DNA of 64,000 nt, from assembly GCF_006345805.1 (NCBI RefSeq), contig NC_042998.1, forward strand, positions 77,624,001 to 77,688,000. Direction: 5' to 3'. The stretch is from Octopus sinensis. Lineage: Eukaryota. Made by a program: the position numbers and the translations under genes. Under the pieces are notes generated by a model that was not told the origin of the DNA, made no database searches, and was given only the letters and a program-made list of their open reading frames with translations. This document shows positions 53,095 through 64,000 of the stretch, piece by piece. Within the stretch, counting starts at the first letter, position 1; every line of letters starts with the position of its first letter.

Positions 53095-54287
53095 TCTTTA
53101 TATATATAAAACTGAGAATGTGTGTGTGTGTCTGTCAGTCTGTCTGTCTGTGTGTTTCCCTAAAACTTGAGAACTACACAACCAATTTCATTCAAATTTT
53201 ATACATGCCTTATTAGGGTCCGGGGAGTGTCATCGGCAAAAAAAAAATGTTCAACTTTTTGCCTTGCGCGAGCCCACAGCAATATCATATCTTCTCCACT
53301 ACGATTCCCTAAAACTTGAGAACTACACAACCAACTTCATTCAAATTTTAAACATGCCTTACTTAGGGTCCATGTAGTTTCATGGGCAAAGAAAATGTTC
53401 AACTTCTTGCCTAGAGCGAGACCATAGCAATATCATATCTTCTCCACTATTTCAGTATTACGTGTTAAAAGTGAAACAAAAATATTTCTCTATTTTATGT
53501 CAGATACTTTCACTTTAACAATAAAAATAATAATAACAATTGAATTATATGTAGTAAATAATAATTAAAATCAAACTAAAGTATAATATAATCGTAACAT
53601 AACAAAAGTAAATATAGCAATTGGTATAAAATTGCATCAATGATTTGAACTTGAATACGTGGTTTCACATGAATGGGAATAAATTAAGAATAAAATTAGC
53701 GTGCAGAAATGGAATAGTCCAGATGCATAATAAAAAATTAAATTAAAGAAAATAATATTGTCTATAAATTATACAATGTAGACAAAAAAAATTTGAACAC
53801 ATGGAGGAAAGCACCTTCGAAAAGTGTCTTGGTGCGACTATGAAAGATATCTAATCAGAGGCGGTAAATTCACTACAATAGAAGCAAGGTTCGAGTCAAC
53901 GGAGCGTGCAAGGGAGTACTCGACTCGAACTTGAAAAGTGGAAATATTTTACTTTTACCTTTATATCTGGGACGTAGGACGTCCCGGAAAAATTTTAAAT
54001 GCCTCCCCCCCACCAGAAGTAGAGGCAGGCTGGATTGTAGCCACACTTCTATACAAAAGGGAGGACAAGATACAATTGATCGAAATTACAAGAGACGTGC
54101 TAAAAATTCCAGTCTGTTATATATTTTGAGTATTGTTATCACTAGCGATATCAAGATATAACTTTGTATTTTGAATTTTATGTGTAGATGTATATACATA
54201 GATGTACATGTAATATGTACACATATATATACACATATATACATGCACTAGCACTTTGACCCGGCAACGACGGGTCTTTAATGCTAG
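53095..54287 (+). mobile_element. Non-autonomous Helitron with internal ~150-bp tandem duplication
   Basis: Starts A|TCTTTATATATAAA plus a GTCT microsatellite. Ends with hairpin GACCCG-GCAACGA-CGGGTC (54258-54276) and CTAG|T. Confidence 0.8.
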
Positions 54288-54299
54288 TATATATATATA

Positions 54300-54646
54300 T
54301 GAATTAACAGAATAAGTTAAAAATTCAAGGCTGTGAAAGATTTCAGAACATTTTTAAAGAGAAGGTATTACAGCTATTTCCGGGATCTTTTATATATCCC
54401 TTCATTAAAACTATTTCTAATACTTAAAGAAAACCTCTCTCATATAGTGTTTGCTCAATTCAACTCACGAAAGTATGTGGGTAAAGACATTAAAAAATCA
54501 AATGCAAAGGTTATTTGAGCGAAAGTATGTGGGTAAATAACCTTTGCATTTGATTTTTTAATGTCTTTACCCACATACTTTCGTGAGTTGAATTGAGCAA
54601 ACACTATATGAGAGAGGTTTTCTTTAAGTATTAGAAATAGTTTTAA
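54300..54646. repeat. PLE-type repeat (degenerate HHR on minus strand, ~54365-54410) with fold-back arms 54405-54516 / 54535-54646
   Basis: 54300-54400 matches 32023-32120, and the arms are near-perfect reverse complements. Confidence 0.8.
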
Positions 54647-54851
54647 AAAAGTTTTTTTAGCTGCTATTTCTAATGAGTTCAGTATGCGGCAAAGTAATTT
54701 ATTTTACTAAGCCCTTTTATATAATGTAATAATTTGAATTCGCCTTAAATGGTCCCTTTGCATACTGAATACTTGGTGAAATTGATTAATAATTAATTAA
54801 TTTTACCCTCAATTGTTGAAATATATATATATATATATAGATATATATATA

Positions 54852-55905
54852 CTAGCAGAGATACCCGGCGTTGCCCGTGTTACATACAATTGAAAAATTA
54901 GACTTTTCTGTTATAATTTCTCTAATGAACTGGAATATCTATGTTTCGAATTTCATCAAAATTGCAGATGAGGATTATTTCCCTCTTTACAAACCCACAA
55001 AAAATTGTAATCGTGCCACATCTATCCCATACTACTGATTGTTATGCGCATATTCCAAAATTCCAGTCTTATTGAACCTGCTAAATAGTTTTTGCTCCTG
55101 AAAAATGAAGGTCATAGAGCTCTAAAATGTGAGAGTTAAGACCCCTGTTGGGGGTGGGCATCTTAATGTCAACCAGAGAAGTTGAATTGTTGAGAATCTT
55201 TTCTACTTGGGTCTTATATCTATTGTTTGAATTTCTTTGAAATAGAAAATATATGTTCACTGGGTTTGTAAATAAGAGCAAAGTTACAGGAAACCAAATG
55301 ACGAATGATCACAATAAGCAGTCAGTTACCCTAACCTAGTCGTTACCACTCCCAATGTAGGATTCCTCACCATGTAGGTGACAGGCACAGCCGTAAGATG
55401 CATTACGAATCTATAGCAATTGGAAGGGCGTGACCCAACTGAAATGAACATTAACAACTGTGTGACGTGAGGACTAAGGAGAAATGAAAGTTGGAGTTTG
55501 CAAATGACCACTATACTGATATGTAACTGGACAGAATAAATTTACAATCTATAAATGTCTTTGAATAACCAGTTACGCATCTGGGAAGGCCTTCAAATCA
55601 ATGTTACCATCTGGACTATGTGTGACCGAGTGATAATAAAAAGATTGAAAGGAGGTCTGCAATCAAATAACTTTACTCAACACTTTGCAACTGAATCAGT
55701 GGAGGCAAAAATGCCTCTCATTCAAATATCGTATGGATTCATTAAGAAATTTTGGTCCATGAAATTGTATGAAACACACAGCATTACACTTTTCCCGGGG
55801 CGTCGATTGTATTTTCCAAATTTCATTATGATCGATGTAGCAGTTTTCGAATGTATAAGTAATACACGAACACATAAAGACATTGTCTTTGATATAATAA
55901 ATATG
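54852..55905 (-). mobile_element. Non-autonomous Helitron
   Basis: 3' end CGGGCAACGCCGGG hairpin plus CTAG|T at 54852. The 5' end near 55905 is approximate. Confidence 0.7.
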
Positions 55906-55927
55906 AATGTACACATATACATACAAG

Positions 55928-55991
<64 letters not shown>

Positions 55992-56040
55992 TATATATAT
56001 ATGTCTGTGTATGCGTGCGTGTATTATGTATATATATATA

Positions 56041-56091
<51 letters not shown>

Positions 56092-57111
56092 AATATAAAT
56101 TGATAGATACAACTGAATGAGCAAACAAAAATATGAGACATAGCGTAGTACTTTTTTATGTTGATGAGCCTGGTACTTATTCTATTAGTTTCTTCCTGTG
56201 AAGCCAGTAAGTTATGGGGATGTAAATAAACGAACATCAGTTGTGAAGCAGTGATGAAGGTGAAACAGAAATAAAGTCACACACATACACATAAATATAT
56301 GCATACATATATATACGATTGATTAAGTTTCTGTCTACAAAATCTCTCTGTATATATGTGTGTGTGTGTTTGTGTGTATGTATGTACACACACACACACA
56401 CACACGCACACAAAGATAAATTTTGTGGGCAAAGAAAAATATGAGATACTGCCTAGTGTTTTTTTTCATTTTGATAAGCCTGGTACTTATTCTATCAGTT
56501 TCTTCTTGTGGAGCCAGTAAGTTATGGGGATGTAAATAAACGAACACCAGTTATTAGGCAGCGATGAGGGGGGAACACAGACACACACACAGATTTACAT
56601 ATATACATACATATATATATACGATTGATTTCTTTCAGTTTCTGTCAACAAAATCCACTGACAAGGCTTTGGTTGGTCTGAGGCTATAGCAGAAGACACA
56701 TGCTAAGTCACCACACTGTGGGACTGAACTGAGGACCATGTGTTTTGGAACGAAGTTTGTTACCACACAGCCACACCTGCACCTGTGTGTGTGTATGTAT
56801 GTGTGTACATATTACATGTACATCTATATATATATATATATATATATATAGATCTACACATATACATGTATACATATATATATATATGTATAGAAATAAA
56901 TGTATACATATACAGCTATACACACAAGTACACACACACATACATACATAGGTGTAGGTGTGGCTGTGTGATAACAAATTTCCTTCCAAAACACATGGTC
57001 CTGGGTTTAAATTTAAATTTAAAATAATAAGGGTAGGAAATTGAATATTAATTTGATTAATATGAATTGAAAACCAGTGGTGTAGCATATAAGACCATAG
57101 CGGATCTTCTT

Positions 57112-57590
57112 CTAGCAAAATGGATGTCCACTGTTAATGGTTCATCCCTCTTATATAATAGTTTGAATTTAATAGTTTCAGTATTAAAGTGAAAGTATCT
57201 GACATTACAATAGAGAGAAGTTTTCGTTTCACGTAATACTGAAATTGTGGAGAAGATATGAAATTGTTGTGGGCTCGCCCTAGGCAAGAAGTTAGACGTT
57301 TCCTTCCCCCATGACACTGCATGGACCCTAAGTAAGGCATGTGTAAAATTTGAATGAAATTGCTTGTGTAGTTCTCAAGTTTTAGGGACTCATAGTGGAG
57401 AAGATATGATATTGCTGTGGGCTCGCCCTAAGCAAGAAGTAAAATAATTTTGCCCATGACACTCCCTGGACTCTAAGTAAAACATGCGTAACATTTGAAT
57501 GAAATTGATTGTGTAGTTCTCAAGTTTCAGGGATTCACACAGAAAGACATACAGACACACACTCTCAGCTTTATATATATATATATATTT
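57112..57590 (-). mobile_element. Shorter relative of the 53095-54287 Helitron
   Basis: Reverse-complement match to CCTAAAACTTGAGAACTACACAA..., including the tandem duplication. Probable CTAG end at 57112-57115. Confidence 0.65.
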
Positions 57591-57647
57591 ATGTACATAT
57601 TTATATGTATATTTATGTATATATATGTATATATATGTATCTGTATG

Positions 57648-57680
<33 letters not shown>

Positions 57681-57785
57681 GTATATGTATGTATATGTAT
57701 GTATATATATATGTATATATATGTATATATATATATGTATATATATATGTATATATATATGTATATATATGTGTATATATATATG

Positions 57786-57816
<31 letters not shown>

Positions 57817-58117
57817 GTATATATACATGTATATATATATGTGTATATATATATATATGTATATATATATGTATATATATATATATGTATATATATATAT
57901 GTATATATATATATATGTATGTATATATATGTGTATATATATATCGTCATCCTCATCATCATCATCTGTTAGCGTCCGCTTTCCATGCTAGCATGGGTTG
58001 GACGGTTCAACTGGGGTCTGGGAAGCCAGAAGGCTGCTCCAGGCCCAGTTTGATCTGGCAATGTTTCTACGGCTGGATGCCATTCCTAACGCCAACCACT
58101 CCATGAATGTAGTGAGT

Positions 58118-58400
58118 GCCTTTTACGTGCCACCGGCACAGGAGCCAGACGAGTCTGGCAAACGGCTACGATCTGATGGTGCCTTTTATGTGCCACCGGC
58201 ACGGGGGCCAGGCGAGACTGGCAACGGCCACGAACGGATGGTGCCTTTTACGTGCCACCGGCACGAGGCCAGTCGGAGCGGCGCTGGCAACGGCCACAAA
58301 AGGATGGTGCTTTTTACGTGCCACCGGCACGAGGCCAATCGGGGCAGCGCTGGCAACGGCCACGTTCGGATGGTTCTCTTACGTGCCACCGGCACTGGTA
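58118..58400. repeat. GC-rich 62-66-bp tandem repeat (~4.3 units) in the RTE 3' UTR
   Basis: Each unit contains GTGCC-ACC-GGCAC and CTGGCAACGGC. Confidence 0.9.
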
Positions 58401-58652
58401 ACTCAGCTGCAATTTCCATTGATCGATTTCGATTCTGATTCTGATTCTCACTTGCCTCAACAGGTCTTCACAAGTAGAGTTTTGTGTCCCAAGAAGGGAA
58501 GGTATGCATAAGTGAGCTGGCTACATCCCATGTAGAAGGCCACGGGTTATGGTCTCACTTGTCCTGCCGGGTCTTCCCACGCACAGCATACTTCCAGAGG
58601 TCTCGGTCTCTAGTCATTTCCTCAGTGAGACCTAAAGTTCGAAGATCGTGCT

Positions 58653-61620
58653 TCAGCACCTCGTCCCAGTTTTCCTGGTTCTGCCTCTTCCACAGGTTCC
58701 CTCAACCCCTAGGGTGTGGCACTTTTTCACACAATTATCTTCATCCATTCTCGCCACATGCCTATACCAGCGGAAACGTCTCTCTGGCACACCACATCTG
58801 ATGCTTCTTAGGTCCAGCTTTTCTCTCAAGGTACTTACACTCTGTCGAGTATGAATACTGACATTACACATCCATCGGAGCATACTGGCTTCATTTCTTG
58901 CGAGCTTACGCATATCCTCAGCAGTCACGGCCCATGTTTCACTGCCATGTAGCATGGCTGTTTGTACACACGCGTCATACAGTCTGCCTTTTACTCTGAG
59001 CGAGAGGCCTTTTATCACCAGCAGAGGTAAGAGCTCTCTGAACTTTGCCGAAGCTATTCTTACTCTAGTTACACTTTCAGCACACCCGCCCCCGCTGCTG
59101 ACTTGGTCACCTAGGTAACGGAAGCTATCAACTATTTCTAGTTTTTCTCCCTGGAAAGTGACAGAAGTTGGTCTCAGAGCATTTTCAGTGTTTATTGTTC
59201 CTGAGCATCTGCCACATACAAAAACCATCTTCCTAGTTAGCCTTCCTTTGACATTGCTGCACCTCTTATGTGTCCATAGCTTACACTTGGTGCATTTTAT
59301 AGAGTTTCTACCTACACCTTTTCTACAGATCGAGCAGGGCCATCTACCTGAAGGCGTTTGTGATTTGTCTACCTTCCTACTTATTAGGAGTTTAGTTGAG
59401 CTAGATTGACTAAGGCCCTTCGATTCTAATCCTTGCTTCCACACCTGAAACTTCTCCTCCAGTTCTGATAGTGACTCAGCAATTAGAGCAAGGTCATCAG
59501 CATAGAGGAGCTCCCAAGGGCATCCTGTCTTGAATTCCTCCGTTATTGCCTGGAGGACTATGATAAATAGGAGGGGGCTGAGGACTGAGCCTTGGTGGAC
59601 CCCTAGCTCTACCCGGAATTCTTCACTGTACTCGTTGCCAACCCTCACCTTACTAGCAGCGTCCCTGTACATGGCTCGCACAGCTCTCACTAACCATTCA
59701 TCTATCCCTAGTTCCTCATTGACCACCAGATAAGGGATCGGGGGACCCTGTCGAAGGCTTTCTCCATGTCAACAAAAGCCAGGTACAGGGGCTTATCTTT
59801 GGCTAGGTATTCTCCTGCAGCTGCCTTACCAGGAATATAGCATCAGTGGTACTTTTCCCTGGCACGAACCCAAACTGCATCTCATCTAAACTAACTCTCT
59901 CTCTAATTAGTTGGGCTATGACCCTCTCCGTAACCTTCATCACCTGATCCAACAGCTTGATACCTCTGTAATTATTTGTATCTAGGGCGTCACCTTTACC
60001 TTTGTAGCAGTTGACTATTATGCTGCTACACCAGTCATTGGGTATGACTCCTTCGTGTATCACCTGATTAACTATACGGGTGACTAGGCTATAGCCAACA
60101 CTACCAGATATTTTGAGCATCTGTGCAGTGATTCCTGATGGGCCTGGGGCTTTCCCTGTCTTCATGCTTCTAATTGCCTTAACTACCAAGGAACTGTCAA
60201 CTCGGATAGCTGGTCCCTCTGTTGGGTCAACATTCGGCAAACTCTTTTTATCCCATTCATTTTCTTTATTCAGCAACGTTTCATACAGGCGTCTCCAAAC
60301 CTCTCTCTTTGCATTCTCATTTAGCGCAAGTGAACCATCTTCCATGCGAACACACTTCTCTCCTACCACATCACAATTCTCTCTCACACACTGTCTTGCA
60401 ACGCGAAACACCTCCAGTCTTTGGTCCTCACGGCGCAGAACATTGGCAAATTTTTTCTTATCTGCTTCCCCTCTGGCTAGATAGACCTGTCTCCTAGCTT
60501 CCCTTTTGGTAGTCTGATACAATTCCCTGCTACCACCACTCTTCCAGTCCTTCCAAGTCTGTCTCTTTTCTCTAATAGCCCTGTCTACAACACTGTTCCA
60601 CCACCACGTTACCTTGGGACGAGAGGGGACTTTGCACCAGCCACAGATCTGGTCAGTGGCTCTCAGCAGGTTGTCCCTTAGAAATGTCCAGTTGCCTTAT
60701 ACCCCATGTGATACTCTATCCCCTTCTACTTCGTCAAAGGCTTCAAGTAGCATGTCCCTAAATCTCTGTCCATTTGCAGGATCTTTATCCTTCCAGATCC
60801 TTCTTCTCCATGTTGGTCGTCTTCTGGTTGTCCTCCTAGTCCTGAACCTAAAGTCACTAACTACCAGTCTATGTTGTGGGGTACATTCTTCGCCTGGGAA
60901 GGTTTCGGCATTTATAAGCAGCCATCTCTCCTTTTGCCTGGCAAGGATGTAGTCAATTTGGCTGGTATGTTGGCCGATTGATAGGTGACTAGGTGGCTGG
61001 TAGGTTTCCTGAAGTTAGTGTTGCAAATCATAAGATTATTTGCATCGCAGAACTCCAGCAGCCTGGTTCCCTCCTCGTTGCGGGATCCATAGTCATAGCC
61101 TCCATGTACGCCATGGAAGCCCCCAGCATGTCGTCCAACGTGACCATTGAAGTCACCAGCCACAAAGAGAAGGTCTCTGTCGTTCGTCAACGAGGTAGTC
61201 TGCAGTAGAGTGTCATAGAATCGGTCTTTCTGTCCATCGGGTAGCCCCGACTGAGGAGCATAGGCCGATATAATGGTTGCTAAACTATGATGAAGCACTA
61301 ATCTAATCTGTCACATACTCTGTTAACCTCAATTACTTTATCTACCCATTTCTCAGCGATAAGTATACCCACGCCACCAACCCCGTCAGTGTTCCTTGCC
61401 CAGAAAATCTTGTACCTGTGTGCCTTGCCTGTGAGGAACCTAGCAGATCCTCCTCTCCACCTTACTTCTTGCATGCAACATATATCCACACATCTCCGTT
61501 CAAGCATCTCGACTATCTCGCCAAACCTACCTTTCAGTGTACCAACGTTGAGGGTTCCAACCCTGAGTGTGTGGGAGGTATGGGCCCTAGAGACCCTGGG
61601 ACGGTGGACAGTAGCTTCAT
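58653..61620 (-). pseudogene. RTE APE-RT polyprotein, disrupted
   Basis: ORF pieces 61298-61663, 60912-61298, 59803-60522 and 58653-59726. Several frameshifts and at least one in-frame TAA near 60707. Confidence 0.9.
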
Positions 61621-62097
61621 GTACCTGAAAAGAAAGCTCGCATTTGGCAGAATTCATGTGCAAGTAATACAGCAGCCTTCAGTTCAACCTGCATAACACT
61701 AGCCTTTCATATTTTGCACTGTATGAATATTACCTTACATAGGTCGAGATTAGGTGTAGGGATGGTGAAAGAGCATTTGCAGTCTTCATGGGAAGCAAAC
61801 CCGGGATGGCAAAGAATAGGAACTTCCGGCATGTGTGGTGTTGAAGGTGGTGGGAGGGCGGGTGCACCATAAACTAGGAAGAGGTTCTGTTAATCGTGTG
61901 AGCAAGAAAGTAGGTTTCAAAACATTATTGTGTTTATAAGTAATGTATAATTATCATTAATGACACTGCAAATGCCATAAATGAAGGTAGCTTATAATTT
62001 TTTGATAAAAATATATGATTATTGTACGTGTTTTCTTTCTGCAAATGCCGAGCCACTAAACCTTTTTCTATTTTCCTTCCTTTTTTATTTCTGTGTT

Positions 62098-62135
62098 CCT
62101 TTCTGTCGAAGAACGTAGGCTCCAAACGTAAAAGG
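62098..62135 (+). ncRNA. Degenerate third copy of the variant-core minimal hammerhead
   Basis: CCTTT-CTGTCGAA-GAAC-GTAG-GCTC-CAAA-CG-TA-AAAGG. Stem I shows a compensatory T-A to C-G change relative to 11496-11533. Confidence 0.5.
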
Positions 62136-62297
62136 TGTTTTTCACTTCCCGAGCGTTAAACTAACACATCTGATAAAAAAAAAATAGAATGTGAATATTT
62201 GGGTCCAAATGCCGCTTTGAAAATGACGTCGACTTTTTTTTTCAAAAATTGTTTTTCAAATCAATTTTCATATACCATTCTGAGAAAAAATTATCTG

Positions 62298-62351
<54 letters not shown>

Positions 62352-62388
62352 TGTGTGTGTGTGTGTGTATACAAGCATACACACACAC

Positions 62389-62780
62389 AGGGTGCGACGG
62401 ATAAATTGTCGCTATTTTATATTTCTAATTTCGCGCATGCGCATTATATTTGTTTCTGATTTTGTCTACCACACTGTATAGTAGTGTTAGATGGGCGCAG
62501 TCTGTGAGTAAAACAGCACCGTGACACAATTCTCTCTGCCAGATATTTGGAAACGATATGCCGTGCTGCTCGTCATTCACGCCGGAAGTACCAATACGAA
62601 CGTTTAAGTGTGTTTTGGGTGTCAATTTGAGGACAGTGCAATCTGAGGAGGTGTATCGAGAGTGATTAAAATCAAACGTCCAGTCAGCACCATGGTCCTT
62701 AGAGTGATCACAAGTGATGGCGACGTTGTACCTCCATTCATCTTCCTACACGGTCTCAAACTCAACACCAAGGCCTACAA
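62389..62780 (+). mobile_element. Second deleted maT-like Tc1/mariner remnant
   Basis: CAGGGTGCGACGGATAAATTGTCG end, and IKRPVSTMVLRVITSDGDVVPPFIFLHGLKLNTKAY. Homologous to 35449-36037. Confidence 0.75.
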
Positions 62781-62889
62781 ATTACTCCCCCCACCCAATA
62801 ATATCACTAAATATGGATGTCACCTCTCCAGCTCGTTATTTTCATGACGTTACTCCTTTCGCTATCATTTTTTAGAGCGAAAACGGTTT

Positions 62890-63285
62890 ACTCTTTTACT
62901 CTTTTACTTGTTTCAGTCATTTGACTGCGGCCATGCTGGAGCACCGCCTTTAGTCGAGCAAATCGACCCCGGGACTTATTCTTTGTAAGCCCAGTACTTA
63001 CTCTATCGGTCTCTTTTGCCGAACCGCTAAGTGACGGGGACACAAACACACCAGTATCGGTTGTCAAGCAATGCTAGGGGGACACACAAACACACACACA
63101 CACATACATATATACATATATACGACAGGATTCTTTCAGTTTCCGTCTACCAAATCCACTCACAAGGCATTGGTCGGCCCGAGGCTATAGCAGAAGACAC
63201 TTGCCCAAGATGCCACGCAGTGGGACTGAACCCGGAACCATGAGGTTGGTTAGCAAGCTACTTACCACACAGCCACTCCTGTGCC
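62890..63285 (-). mobile_element. Adjacent S3 (62890-63085) and S2 (63120-63285) SINE-like copies
   Basis: Reverse-complement matches to 11700-11850 and 11220-11378. Confidence 0.7.
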
Positions 63286-64000
63286 TATTAAACTTTACAT
63301 GATTCAAAACGCTACTGAGTATTTCTTTGCTTAGAAACCTAGAGAATGTACACCGGTGGATCAACAATTCACTGATAAGATGGGATAATGTTGTCAATGA
63401 TAGGAAGCAATATAATCCTGAATAAATAAGTATATTTAGAACAGAGAAGCTTTCCTATTCTTCACATCTTGTATTGCAGCGGGACTGTGTTTCTTACATT
63501 ATATATATATACGCACGCACGCACACACACACACATACACACAAACACACACATATATATATGTATTCTATGGTCCGCGGAAAGTTGGCAATCTCTTTGG
63601 ACATTCCCTGATATTTTGCAATCGTTAGACATGGTGTTCAAAAGTTAAAAGGTTATGAGAGAACGCCTGCAACGAAATGGGAACTAAGTTTCTGAACAGT
63701 ATCATAGCATTGGCAATGGAGTTTGTACTAAGTCACTGTGTTTAGAACGGCCAAGTGAATGCAATGAATATTTTTCGATTAGATTTCATTAGCAAAACAT
63801 ATTCATTGGAAACATCTTGAATGAAGCTGTATAGGACTTTCAACCTTCGGATGTAAATCAAGTAGATGCACAAAATTGCCATATCAAAGTACCCGAGGAC
63901 ACTTACTCAATAGAACTAAGCGTCGGAATGTAATACGAACAAAATGCTTTTTAATAAACAAATTACACACACACACACACACACATATATGCCGTAACAT

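Larger units (their letters stand above)
57948..61700 (-). mobile_element. Near-full-length RTE-clade LINE (APE endonuclease, RT, 3' UTR, (GAT)n tail)
   Basis: LRVGTLNVGTL...DICCMQEVRW, ISAYAPQ...AGDFNGHVG, NYRGIKLL...QFGFVPGKSTTDAIF, GVHQGSVLSPLLF, LLYADDLAL and YLGD motifs in order. The 5' UTR may extend to ~61900. Confidence 0.95.

Noticed and set aside
58118-58400. Regularly spaced repeats superficially like a CRISPR array (also 41476-41735)
   Set aside because: The spacers are homologous to each other, the context is a eukaryotic LINE UTR or minisatellite, and there are no cas genes.
61690-61920. HDV-like ribozyme expected at some RTE 5' ends
   Set aside because: I could not identify the nested double-pseudoknot pairings by eye.

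Overview
AT-rich, microsatellite-laden eukaryotic DNA, almost certainly from an octopus. This is inferred from the SINE and repeat families I recognise, not from a database hit. I found no convincing host protein-coding gene, and most ORF-track entries are (TA)n/(CA)n translations. The window is a dense transposon landscape: a near-full-length but disrupted RTE LINE (~57.9-61.7 kb), other RTE, CR1-like and R4/Dong-like LINE relics, several tRNA-type SINE families, mariner and maT remnants, four non-autonomous Helitrons, and two MITEs with exact 8-bp TSDs. It also holds many Penelope-like element (PLE) pieces, including a young-looking RT/GIY-YIG copy folded back on itself as a 3.2-kb inverted duplication. 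The notable layer is RNA-level: about a dozen hammerhead ribozyme (HHR) motifs of several families sit in PLE-type terminal repeats. They include a complete type I HHR in a 460-bp retrozyme-like unit. The best candidate for something unusual is a repeat (277-338, 13001-13062) carrying all three hammerhead helices and core motifs in a non-circularly permuted, pseudoknotted order. All calls come from reading the sequence by eye. Repeat boundaries are approximate unless a TSD or terminus is quoted, and no activity has been tested.
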